Origin: an uncultured Muribaculaceae bacterium
GTDB lineage: Bacteria; Bacillota_I; Bacilli_A; RF39; UBA660
DNA: 35,381 bases
Reading direction: 5' to 3'
NCBI GenBank assembly: GCA_964431705.1
Contig: CAYSJY010000002.1
Span: 1-35,381, forward strand
Below are positions 10,173 to 18,884 of the stretch, piece by piece. The notes below the pieces were generated by a model, which searched no databases, was not told the DNA's origin, and was given only the letters and a program-made list of their open reading frames with translations. Positions within the stretch are counted from its first letter, which is position 1. Every line of letters begins with the position of its first letter. The position numbers were made by a program, and so were the translations under genes.

Positions 10173-12125
10173 AGTTGTTGTATTCTTTTTGGTTGACTTA
10201 CTTTCATAACCAGGTTGTGTTCCTTTAATATAATATAATATTTTTTTTAATTCAGATTCGTTACTAGCTACCTCTCCAGTTTTTAAATCGGTTAAAACAC
10301 CAACAACGTTATCAGGTTTCTCATACCAAGATTCATCTTTTTGCCTTAAATATCCCTCTATGGTATCTGCCCATATATTTTTTGCATATTTGTATTCATT
10401 ACTTGATAGTTCTCTGTTATCATCATATCCAGTCCATACGCCAACTACAACATCTGGATTATAACCTACTGTCCATAAGTCGTAATCAGTTGTTCCACTT
10501 TTAACAGCATATTTTTTGGTTAGTTTAAGACTAATTGATGCACATGTGGGTGAGGTATAATCTATTAATGATGTATCATATGTATTTGAAAGTAATTCAC
10601 TTAGTATATAAGTGTAAGATTCATTTAAAACTCTTTCATTATCAGCCTTGTATTCATAAATGACATCTCCATTTCCATCTTCTATTTTAGTTATTAGATG
10701 TTCTTTAACACTTATCCCGGTGTTTGCAAGAGTTGCATATGCACTTGTAAACTCTAAGATTGATAATTCATTAGTTCCTAATGGAAGAGAAGCGTTTGCT
10801 TCTAACTTGCTTGTTATTCCCATTTTTCTAGCATACTTAATCATCATGTCTTCTCCTAGAAAAAGATGTGTTTTAATAGCATATATGTTATCTGAGTATG
10901 CGATAGCTAGTGCCATGGTAATTTTGTCATTTGGATATATATCGCCATAATTACTAGGGGAATATGAAAGTCCATTACCTAATGAAAAGGTAGTTGGTTT
11001 ACTTAAAAACGTAGTTGCAGCGGTAAGTCCATTTTCTAATGCAGCATAATAAAGAATGGGTTTCATTGTTGATCCTACTTGTCTTTTAGATTGGACAGCC
11101 CTATTATACTGAGATTTAGAGTAATCTTTTCCTCCTGCCAGGGCGAGTACCGCACCAGTATTTGGATCCATTACAACAACGGATACCTGCATTTCATTTT
11201 CTTCATCTAAATTATTATTAATTGCCTCTTCTAAAGCCGTTTGTGCACTTACATCTAAATTAGTATATATTTTAAGCCCTTCTTGTCTTATAGTATCATC
11301 ACTTACCACTTTTAAATCTTGTAATTCTCTTATAACGGCATCTTGATAATACATTAAGGTGCTTAAGTTTAAATTATCTTTTTTGCCATTGTAAGTAAGT
11401 TCGACCTCTAGTGTTTCATTCATCTGTTCTTCAGTTATTATGTTATTATTTACTAGTGATTGTAATATTTCTTTTTGTCTTTTTTTAGCAGCTTCCTCGT
11501 CGTTTAAAGGGGAATAATTATTTGGTGATTTTGGAATTCCTGCTAACATTGAACTTTCTGCTAAATTTAAGTCTTTAGCAGATTTATTAAAGTAATATAA
11601 AGCGGCGTTTTCAATTCCCATAATACCATTTCCATAGTTAATGGTGTTTAAATACCCTTCTAGTATTTCATCTTTTGAATATTGTGTCTCTAATTTGAAA
11701 GCATACCATGCCTCCTTAATTTTTCTTTTCCATGTTTTTTCAAATGTTAGAAATAAGTTTCTTGCATACTGTTGGGTTATGGTTGATGCTCCTTGTGTTA
11801 AATCTTTTGATTTTATATTAACGATTATTGATTTTATTATTCTAGGCACGTCAAAACCATTATGTTCATAAAAATTTTTATCTTCAGAATAAATAGTAGC
11901 ATCTATTAAATATTGTGATATATCTTCTAATTTTACCCATTTTTTAGTACCGTTATTACCTTCGTAAAAGCTGTTGCCGTCTTTGTCATACATATATATG
12001 CTATTTGAATTTTCAATATCAATTTTGCTTCCGTACTTAGCACACAAAAATAACACTGAATATGAAAAACAAAATATAAGCATTAAGGCGATAACTATTT
12101 TACATAATAAATATATTTTTTTCAT
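10152..12125 (-). CDS. Class A penicillin-binding protein (bifunctional glycosyltransferase/transpeptidase)
   Basis: N-terminal TM anchor. GT51 motifs EDKNFYEHNGFD, GASTITQQ and RKIKEA. Transpeptidase motifs STMKP (SxxK), SDN and KSGTT. SD AAGAAGG lies upstream of the ATG. Confidence 0.93.
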   Translation of the reverse strand: MKKIYLLCKIVIALMLIFCFSYSVLFLCAKYGSKIDIENSNSIYMYDKDGNSFYEGNNGTKKWVKLEDISQYLIDATIYSEDKNFYEHNGFDVPRIIKSIIVNIKSKDLTQGASTITQQYARNLFLTFEKTWKRKIKEAWYAFKLETQYSKDEILEGYLNTINYGNGIMGIENAALYYFNKSAKDLNLAESSMLAGIPKSPNNYSPLNDEEAAKKRQKEILQSLVNNNIITEEQMNETLEVELTYNGKKDNLNLSTLMYYQDAVIRELQDLKVVSDDTIRQEGLKIYTNLDVSAQTALEEAINNNLDEENEMQVSVVVMDPNTGAVLALAGGKDYSKSQYNRAVQSKRQVGSTMKPILYYAALENGLTAATTFLSKPTTFSLGNGLSYSPSNYGDIYPNDKITMALAIAYSDNIYAIKTHLFLGEDMMIKYARKMGITSKLEANASLPLGTNELSILEFTSAYATLANTGISVKEHLITKIEDGNGDVIYEYKADNERVLNESYTYILSELLSNTYDTSLIDYTSPTCASISLKLTKKYAVKSGTTDYDLWTVGYNPDVVVGVWTGYDDNRELSSNEYKYAKNIWADTIEGYLRQKDESWYEKPDNVVGVLTDLKTGEVASNESELKKILYYIKGTQPGYESKSTKKNTTTKKTTSD

Positions 12126-12271
12126 AAATCGCCTTCTTTCTAATTTTATTATTTGTAAAATTGTATAAAATATAAGTTATATTTAAATTATTTTAAGAAT
12201 AAAAAGATGGTGTAAATTTTTTAAGTGTAATTATACTCTATTAATCTGTTAAATAAAAAAGTTCAATTCAT

Positions 12272-12300
12272 GTTGACCTTTTTTATTTTATATGCTATAT
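12272..12300 (+). promoter_or_regulatory. Sigma-A type promoter for the ywiB-like/argS/rpoE/prfA unit
   Basis: TTGACC (12272-12277), 17-nt spacer ending in TGc, then TATATT (12295-12300). Confidence 0.6.
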
Positions 12301-12330
12301 TGTTGCTAGAAAAATTTTAAAGGTGTTTTT

Positions 12331-12705
12331 ATGTCTAAAATAATAATTAATCATGAAATAATATCAAATGGTAATAGGCAGCTTTTAAAAAATAAAAAAG
12401 CATTAAAAAAGTCTAGCGAAATAATTTATTTTGATAATGACGTTAAAATAAATGTAAAAATATTAAAAAATAAGATATTAGTTGTAAGAGAAAATGATGA
12501 ATTTAAAATAGACTTAAAATTTGAAAAGAATAAAAGTATGGTAACAAATTACTATATTAAAGACTTGGGGTTGAAAGTAAAGCTTGAAACTAAAACAAAA
12601 GAAATAATCATAAAAGAAGAAAGTATTTATGTTTCTTATGATCTTTTTATGAATGATTCATTTAGTGATAGCTTTACTTATAAATTGGAATGGAGATGTT
12701 CGTAA
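12331..12705 (+). CDS. DUF1934/YwiB-like small beta-barrel protein
   Basis: 124 aa. Alternating beta-strand-like pattern resembling B. subtilis YwiB, and the conserved position immediately upstream of argS. TAATG overlap with the argS start. Family call is from memory of synteny, not from a search. Confidence 0.6.
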   Translation: MSKIIINHEIISNGNRQLLKNKKALKKSSEIIYFDNDVKINVKILKNKILVVRENDEFKIDLKFEKNKSMVTNYYIKDLGLKVKLETKTKEIIIKEESIYVSYDLFMNDSFSDSFTYKLEWRCS

Positions 12706-14333
12706 TGGATATAAAAAATGATATAAGAAACATTATTTATGATGCCTTAAAAACTTTAGATATATCTTTTGAAAAACAAGATATATTAATAGAAGTTCCA
12801 AAGAATAAAGAAAATGGTGATTTTTCTTCTAACGTTGCAATGAAGCTTGCAAAAACGCTAAAGGATAACCCATTAAATATTGCAAATAAAATAAAAGATG
12901 CTACTAATTTATCTGATAAAATAGAAAAAATAAAGATTGCTAACCCTGGTTTTATTAATCTTTATTTAAAAGATGAATATGTTTTTAGCGGTATATCAAG
13001 TGTTATAAATAACGCTGATGATTATGGTAAATGTAACGTTGGAAAAGAAAAAAAGATAAATATAGAATTCGTAAGTGCAAATCCAACGGGTATTCTTCAT
13101 TTAGGAACGGCTCGGGGAGCTGCGTATGGATCTAATTTGTCTAATATCATGTCTTTTGCAGGATATAACGTTACTAAAGAATATTATATAAATGATGCAG
13201 GAAATCAAATAGATAACCTAGGTATGTCTATTAAAGAAAGATATAAAGGTATATGTGGTCTTGATGAAAATATGCCTTTAGATGGATATTATGGCACTGA
13301 GATAATAAACATAGCTAAAGTGATATATAATGAAAATAAAGATGCCAAACTAAATGAAGATTTAGAATATTTTAAAGAGTTTGGTGTATCTTATCTTCTT
13401 GACATAATTAAAAATGATTTGGAATCTTTTGGTGTGACTTTTGATGTTTGGACTAGTGAAAAAGCGATTCGCGCTAAAGGAAGAATAGAAGAATCTTTGA
13501 AAATATTAAAAGAAAAGGGTTTAACTTATGAAAGTGATGGCGCTTTATGGCTTAAAACAACAGTATATGCAGATGATAAAGATAGGGTATTAATAAAAAA
13601 AGATAAAAGTTATACGTATTTAGTTCCAGATATTGCATATCATTTAGATAAGTTTGACCGTGGGTTTGATTATTTAATAAATGTGTTTGGAGCAGATCAT
13701 CATAGTTATGTATCTAGGCTTAAAGCTAGTATTGAAGCATTGGGTTATGATAAAGATAAACTAGAGGTAAGACTTTTACAAATGGTTAGATTGCTTAAAG
13801 ATGGTAACATTGTTAAAATGAGTAAAAGAACTGGTGGAAACATAACTATTTCTGAGTTAGTTAATGAAGTGGGATGTGATTGCGCAAGATACTTTTTTGC
13901 AGAAAGATCACTAGATGGTCAAATGGACTTTGATATTAGCTTGGCGCTAAAAAAATCTAATGAAAATCCATTTTATTATGTTGGGTATGCCCATGCAAGA
14001 ATTTGTTCAATTTTAAACGAGGCTAAAAACAAAGGTTTAAAAATTAAAACAGATGTTCATAATATAACGGATACCGACTCAAAAGCTTTAATGCTTAAGG
14101 TTTATGAATTCGTTGATGTTATAAAAACTTCTGCTTTAAAAAAAGAACCACATTTAATTACTAATTACGTATATGAACTTGCAAGTTTGTTTCATAATTA
14201 TTATGGCAAGCATAGAATATTAACTGATGATGTTAATAAAACAGAAGAATATTTAGGGTTAATAAAAACCGTTGAGATAACAATAAAAAATGCTTTAAAA
14301 TTAATAGGTGTTAAGGCACCTGATAAAATGTAG
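12705..14333 (+). CDS. argS: Arginine--tRNA ligase
   Basis: HIGH-type motif SANPTGILHLG and KMSK-type motif KMSKRTG, plus a class I anticodon-binding C-terminus. Start placed at ATG 12705 (GGAG 9 nt upstream) rather than the track's 12690. Confidence 0.93.
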   Translation: MDIKNDIRNIIYDALKTLDISFEKQDILIEVPKNKENGDFSSNVAMKLAKTLKDNPLNIANKIKDATNLSDKIEKIKIANPGFINLYLKDEYVFSGISSVINNADDYGKCNVGKEKKINIEFVSANPTGILHLGTARGAAYGSNLSNIMSFAGYNVTKEYYINDAGNQIDNLGMSIKERYKGICGLDENMPLDGYYGTEIINIAKVIYNENKDAKLNEDLEYFKEFGVSYLLDIIKNDLESFGVTFDVWTSEKAIRAKGRIEESLKILKEKGLTYESDGALWLKTTVYADDKDRVLIKKDKSYTYLVPDIAYHLDKFDRGFDYLINVFGADHHSYVSRLKASIEALGYDKDKLEVRLLQMVRLLKDGNIVKMSKRTGGNITISELVNEVGCDCARYFFAERSLDGQMDFDISLALKKSNENPFYYVGYAHARICSILNEAKNKGLKIKTDVHNITDTDSKALMLKVYEFVDVIKTSALKKEPHLITNYVYELASLFHNYYGKHRILTDDVNKTEEYLGLIKTVEITIKNALKLIGVKAPDKM

Positions 14334-14345
14334 GAGGAATAAAAA

Positions 14346-14774
14346 ATGAACGTAAGACAAATGTCTGTAGAAGAATTAGAACTTCTATCTTATGAGGATA
14401 TCGCATACGAATTATTAAAAGTGGATAAATGTTCTAAAACAACCCCAGAGTTATTTAAAGAAGTATGTTCTTTGTTGGGTATAAACGAAGATAAAATGAT
14501 GGATATGATAGGAGATTTTTATACTAATTTAACAACTGATAAAAGGTTTATTTTACTTGAAGATGCAAAATGGGATTTAAAAGAATTTCATTCGGTAAAA
14601 TTAGTGGTTGATGAAGAAGAAGAGGAAGAAGACTCATCTGATGAGGAAGTTGCTGAAGAAACGGAAGATGAAGCAATTCAGTCCGATATTGATTCTTATG
14701 AAAGTGAAGATGACGATGAAATAAGTGAATTAGAAGACTTGGTTGTTGTTACAGAAGAAGAGATGGATGATTAA
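14346..14774 (+). CDS. rpoE: RNA polymerase delta subunit
   Basis: N-terminal HARE-HTH-like domain (SYEDIAYELLK...PELFKEV...DFYTNLTTDKRFILLEDAKWDLKEFH) followed by a long Asp/Glu tail. GGAGG SD. Confidence 0.88.
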   Translation: MNVRQMSVEELELLSYEDIAYELLKVDKCSKTTPELFKEVCSLLGINEDKMMDMIGDFYTNLTTDKRFILLEDAKWDLKEFHSVKLVVDEEEEEEDSSDEEVAEETEDEAIQSDIDSYESEDDDEISELEDLVVVTEEEMDD

Positions 14775-15830
14775 ATGTTTGAAAGATTAAAAGATATAAA
14801 AAAAAGATATGATAGTATAACAGAAGAATTAATTAAACCGGAAGTTATAAGTGATGTTTCAAAAACAACCAAATTATCTAAGGAACAGTCAGATTTATCA
14901 GAAATAATTGAGTGTTATAATGAATATTTAAAAGTAACTAAAGATTATGAAGATGCAAAAAAACTTGCTCATGATCCTGAAATGGCATCTTTTGCTTTAG
15001 AAGAGGAAGAAAAAAACCTTGCTAAACAAAAAGAATTAGAAAAAGAATTAGAAATACTATTACTTCCTAAAGATCCTAATGATGGTAAAAACATCATTGT
15101 TGAAATAAGAGGAGCAGCAGGAGGCGATGAGGCTAATATCTTTGCGGGAGACCTTTATAATATGTATATTAAATATGCTGAGAATCAAGGATTTACCATT
15201 GAGAATTTAGGAAGTACTCCAGGTGCGAGTGGTGGATACTCAGAAATATCTTTCATGATAAAAGGAAAAAACGTTTATTCTAAACTTAAGTATGAATCAG
15301 GAGCACACCGAGTTCAACGAGTTCCAAAAACAGAATCTCAAGGAAGAGTTCACACATCAACATCAACGGTACTTGTTATGCCTGAAATTGATGATGCCAA
15401 CTTTGACATTGATATGAATGATGTTAGAATTGATATTACAAGAGCATCTGGTAACGGTGGTCAAGGGGTTAACACAACTGATTCTGCCGTTAGACTTACT
15501 CATGTACCAACGGGTATAGTTGTTTACTCTCAAACTGAAAGAAGTCAAATAAAAAATAAGGAAAAAGGACTTAAGATACTAAAATCAAGAGTTTATGATC
15601 TTAAAATGAGAGAGCAAGAAAAAGAAATTGGTATTGAAAGAAGAAATAAAATAGGAACAGGTGATAGGTCAGAGAAAATAAGAACATATAACTATCCTCA
15701 AAGCAGGGTAACTGACCATCGCATAGGTTATACAACTAATACGTTAGATAGGGTTATGAATGGTAAGTTAGATGATATAATAGAAGCATTAATAACAGAA
15801 GATCAAAGAAGACGATTAGCTGGAGAATAA
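14775..15830 (+). CDS. prfA: Peptide chain release factor 1
   Basis: GGQ motif (SGNGGQGVNTTDSAVRLTH) and an RF1-type PxT tripeptide (RVQRVPKTESQGRVHTS). The ATG immediately follows the rpoE stop. Confidence 0.95.
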   Translation: MFERLKDIKKRYDSITEELIKPEVISDVSKTTKLSKEQSDLSEIIECYNEYLKVTKDYEDAKKLAHDPEMASFALEEEEKNLAKQKELEKELEILLLPKDPNDGKNIIVEIRGAAGGDEANIFAGDLYNMYIKYAENQGFTIENLGSTPGASGGYSEISFMIKGKNVYSKLKYESGAHRVQRVPKTESQGRVHTSTSTVLVMPEIDDANFDIDMNDVRIDITRASGNGGQGVNTTDSAVRLTHVPTGIVVYSQTERSQIKNKEKGLKILKSRVYDLKMREQEKEIGIERRNKIGTGDRSEKIRTYNYPQSRVTDHRIGYTTNTLDRVMNGKLDDIIEALITEDQRRRLAGE

Positions 15831-15844
15831 TTCTTCAGTTTTTT
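15820..15844 (+). terminator. Rho-independent terminator after prfA
   Basis: ctggagaa-taa-ttcttcag stem (one G:U) with the prfA TAA stop in the loop, followed by TTTTTT. Confidence 0.55.
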
Positions 15845-15854
15845 AAATACAATA

Positions 15855-15863
15855 TGATAAAAT
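15855..15863 (+). promoter_or_regulatory. Extended -10 promoter element upstream of the AlkP-family gene
   Basis: TGaTAAAAT, 20 nt upstream of the AAAGGAG-led ATG at 15884. No clear -35. Confidence 0.4.
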
Positions 15864-15883
15864 AAATATAAAGGAGTATTTGT

Positions 15884-16987
15884 ATGAAAACATTATTTCC
15901 AGATTATGAAAATGGATTAGTAAATGTAACTTCATCTATTTTAAAGTACTTTAACATATCTTCTAATCATAAATCTTTAAATAAGTTAGATGACGTATTA
16001 AAAAGAAAAAAACCTAAAAACGTGGTGTTAATTTTATTTGATGGATTAGGATATAATATTTTAAAAAGAAATAAAAAATATACACCATTTTTAAATAAAT
16101 GCTTAATTGATAATATTTCATCATGTTTTCCGTCCACTACGATGTCTGCAAGAACTACCATAGAATCAGGTTTATGTCCTATAGAACATGGATGGTTGGG
16201 TTGGGATATGTATTTCAAGTCATTTGATAAAGTAATTACATTAGCTAGAAATTACGTAAAAGGAACTAAAGAAAAAATAACAGATTATAACATTGCTAAG
16301 ACGCTTTTAAAATATGAATCTTTATGTACGAAAATAAGCAAACTAAATGGTTGTCTTGGAAGTAAAGTAACGTATTATAAATCACATGGACCATCTTTTG
16401 TAAGTGTTAAAAAGCAAATAAAAAAAACGTGTAAAAATGGTTTGAAAAATTATATTTACTTTTATTGTAATGAGCCTGATCATACTTTTCATAAACACGG
16501 TCTTAACACAAAAAAAGAAAGAAAAATTCTAAAAAAACTTGATAAGGGCTTTAAAAGTTTGTGTGAAAGTTTAGAAGATACACTTGTTATTGCTGTTGCG
16601 GATCATGGACATTTAAACGTTGATTATATAACACTTAGTGATTATCCAAATATAACTAACATGTTAAAAGGTAATTTTTCTGGTGATACAAGGGTATGTG
16701 TTTTTAGAGTTAAAAATGAGTATAAAAAAACATTTCCATTAGAAGTGAAAAAAGTTTTAAAAGATGATTTTATCATAATGTCTAAAAAAGAAGTCTTAGA
16801 TAAAAAATTATATGGTACGGGTTTAAAAAACAAATATTTTAATGATGCTTTAGGAAATTACTTTGCTATAGGAGTAGGTAATAAAGCTGTTAAATATGAT
16901 AAAAGTGGGAACATGCATAAATCGGCTCATTCTGGAATAACAACCGACGAGATGCTTGTACCGTTAATTATATATGAAGGAAAATGA
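15884..16987 (+). CDS. Alkaline-phosphatase superfamily protein (nucleotide pyrophosphatase/phosphodiesterase-like)
   Basis: Metal and nucleophile motifs in the expected order: VVLILFDGLG, FPSTTMSARTT, AVADHGH, HKSAHSG. Cytoplasmic (no signal peptide). The TGA stop lies 1 nt before the prmC ATG. Confidence 0.75.
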   Translation: MKTLFPDYENGLVNVTSSILKYFNISSNHKSLNKLDDVLKRKKPKNVVLILFDGLGYNILKRNKKYTPFLNKCLIDNISSCFPSTTMSARTTIESGLCPIEHGWLGWDMYFKSFDKVITLARNYVKGTKEKITDYNIAKTLLKYESLCTKISKLNGCLGSKVTYYKSHGPSFVSVKKQIKKTCKNGLKNYIYFYCNEPDHTFHKHGLNTKKERKILKKLDKGFKSLCESLEDTLVIAVADHGHLNVDYITLSDYPNITNMLKGNFSGDTRVCVFRVKNEYKKTFPLEVKKVLKDDFIIMSKKEVLDKKLYGTGLKNKYFNDALGNYFAIGVGNKAVKYDKSGNMHKSAHSGITTDEMLVPLIIYEGK

Positions 16988-16988
16988 T

Positions 16989-17705
16989 ATGAAAAAAGAA
17001 ATAGAGTATTTAAAAAAATATTACAAAGGTGATATAAAAAAAGCCATTAGTTTATTAGAAAAAGGAAAACCGGTTCAATACATAGTTGGAGAAGTTGATT
17101 TTTATGGATACGTACTTTATGTTGATGAAAACGTTTTAATTCCAAGAAGAGAAACGGAAGAATTAGTAGAAGAAGTAATAAAAAGAAGTAGTTTGTTTTC
17201 TAATCCTACTATTATTGATGTTGGAACTGGATCTGGTGCTATTGCAATAAGCTTATCAAAAGAACTTAATATAAACGTATATGCATCAGATATTAGTAAA
17301 AAAGCACTAGAGGTAGCTTTAAAAAACGTTAGTAAAACAAATGCTTCAGTAACGTTGTATGAGGGAGATATGTTAAAACCATACTCGGATAAAAAATTAA
17401 AAGTAGATATAATAGTTAGTAATCCACCTTATATAAAAGAAGATGAAGAAATTGAGGACATAGTAAAAAATAATGAACCTAAAATTGCTTTGTATGCTAA
17501 AAATAATGGACTTGAGTTTTATGAAAAGATTTTAAAAGACGCATCTAAAATATTAAATGATAAGTTTTTAATTGCTTTTGAAATTGGTTGCAGCCAAAGT
17601 AAAGATGTTAGCGATTTAGCAAGAAAGTATTTAAAAAACGCTAAAGTCGAAACGAAAAAGGATTTGTCGGGTAAAAATAGGTTTGTTTTTGTATATAATT
17701 ATTAA
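16989..17705 (+). CDS. prmC: Release factor glutamine N5-methyltransferase
   Basis: SAM motif IIDVGTGSGAIA and catalytic NPPY (IIVSNPPYI). Start chosen at ATG 16989 (AAGGA 7 nt upstream); the track's 16974 start overlaps the upstream gene. Confidence 0.9.
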   Translation: MKKEIEYLKKYYKGDIKKAISLLEKGKPVQYIVGEVDFYGYVLYVDENVLIPRRETEELVEEVIKRSSLFSNPTIIDVGTGSGAIAISLSKELNINVYASDISKKALEVALKNVSKTNASVTLYEGDMLKPYSDKKLKVDIIVSNPPYIKEDEEIEDIVKNNEPKIALYAKNNGLEFYEKILKDASKILNDKFLIAFEIGCSQSKDVSDLARKYLKNAKVETKKDLSGKNRFVFVYNY

Positions 17706-17740
17706 TTATCACTCACTAAATAATAGAGGGTGATTTTTAT

Positions 17741-18271
17741 ATGAAAAAAATAGTACTTATATTGCTAGCGGGGTTAATCTTACTAAGTGTTTATAATAAA
17801 GTTAAAGAAGATCAAGAAATTAAAATTCCAGATTCTGCTATTAGGTTTAGAGTACTTGCTAATAGTAATTCTTTAAAAGACCAAAAAATAAAAGAGGATA
17901 TTGCAAAAAAAATGCAAGAAGAGTTATACACACTTTTGAAAAATTCTACAAATATTTACGAGGCAAGAAGCCTAATAAATAATAACTTAGATACTTTTAA
18001 TGATATTTTAAAAGAAGAGACTAAAGATTTAGAATATTCTTATACAATAGAATATGGAATGCATGAATTTCCAGAAAAAACGTATAAAGGTGTTATTTAT
18101 GAAGATGGATATTATGAGTCACTTCTTGTTACTTTAGGAGAAGGAAAAGGAGATAATTTTTGGTGCGTATTATTTCCACCGTTATGCATAATGGAAGCAG
18201 AAGAAGCAGATAATACAACAGAAGTTGAATATAAATCTTTTGTAAAAGAAATAATTGAAAAATATTTTTAA
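17741..18271 (+). CDS. spoIIR: Stage II sporulation protein R-like
   Basis: Signal/TM N-terminus, then IRFRVLANSNSLKDQKIKEDI and GEGKGDNFWCVLFPPLC, which match the two signature blocks of SpoIIR. Confidence 0.8.
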   Translation: MKKIVLILLAGLILLSVYNKVKEDQEIKIPDSAIRFRVLANSNSLKDQKIKEDIAKKMQEELYTLLKNSTNIYEARSLINNNLDTFNDILKEETKDLEYSYTIEYGMHEFPEKTYKGVIYEDGYYESLLVTLGEGKGDNFWCVLFPPLCIMEAEEADNTTEVEYKSFVKEIIEKYF

Positions 18272-18297
18272 AACACTTGTAATAATATAATGTAGAG

Positions 18298-18834
18298 GTG
18301 ATATTAATCATTAACGTTATATTAATTGCAATAAGTCTTAGCATGGACGCGTTTAGTCTTGCTTTTTCTTACGGAATAAATAAGATAGATAAGAAAAAAA
18401 TTATCTTAACAGCGATAATGGTCGGATTATTTCATTTTTTCATGCCTTTAATTGGTAATTTTATTGGTATTTCTATATTTAATTACACTATTATAAAACC
18501 TAGGTACGTAATGTTTTTAATATTTCTTTTTTTATCAATTGATATGTTTATTCATTTTTTTGAAGAAAAACCTAAAATTAGACATTTAAATTTTCTTGGA
18601 ATGCTTTTGTTTTCTTTTTCAGTAAGCTTTGATAGTTTATCAGTTGGCGTTGGGTTAAGTTATTTATGTAATAATTTATTGTTCGCGTTAAGTTCTTTTT
18701 GCATCATTAGTTTTTTATTTACCTTAGTAGGTTTTATGCTTGGTAATATTTTGTCATTTAAGATAGGTAAATATTCATTTCTACTAGGTTCATTTACTCT
18801 TTTTGCTTATGCAATATTAATATTGACAAAGTAA
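18298..18834 (+). CDS. mntP: Manganese efflux pump MntP family (UPF0059/YwlD-like)
   Basis: Six-TM protein with the duplicated SMDAFS / SFDSLSVG motifs. The start is uncertain: GTG 18298 sits inside the GAGGTGAT SD, so the true start may be a non-canonical codon a few codons downstream. Confidence 0.8.
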   Translation: MILIINVILIAISLSMDAFSLAFSYGINKIDKKKIILTAIMVGLFHFFMPLIGNFIGISIFNYTIIKPRYVMFLIFLFLSIDMFIHFFEEKPKIRHLNFLGMLLFSFSVSFDSLSVGVGLSYLCNNLLFALSSFCIISFLFTLVGFMLGNILSFKIGKYSFLLGSFTLFAYAILILTK

Positions 18835-18851
18835 AAAGAATGTGCTACCAT
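18823..18851 (+). promoter_or_regulatory. Sigma-A type promoter for the 493-aa membrane protein gene
   Basis: TTGACA (18823-18828), 17-nt spacer ending in TGc, then TACCAT (18846-18851). Overlaps the perfect palindrome CCATATATGG (18848-18857). Confidence 0.5.
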
Positions 18852-18884
18852 ATATGGCATTCAAACAAAAGGGGGAAGATTTGA

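Noticed and set aside
12126-12330. Possible T-box or other riboswitch leader upstream of argS.
   Set aside because: The readable promoter ends at 12300, only ~30 nt from the ATG of the first gene, which is far too short for a T-box. I see no specifier or T-box consensus. The imperfect hairpin at ~12259-12282 overlaps the -35 and lies upstream of the likely transcription start.
14620-14774. GAA/GAT-rich low-complexity DNA that looks like a tandem repeat.
   Set aside because: It encodes the polyacidic C-terminal tail characteristic of the RNAP delta subunit. It is not a true periodic repeat.
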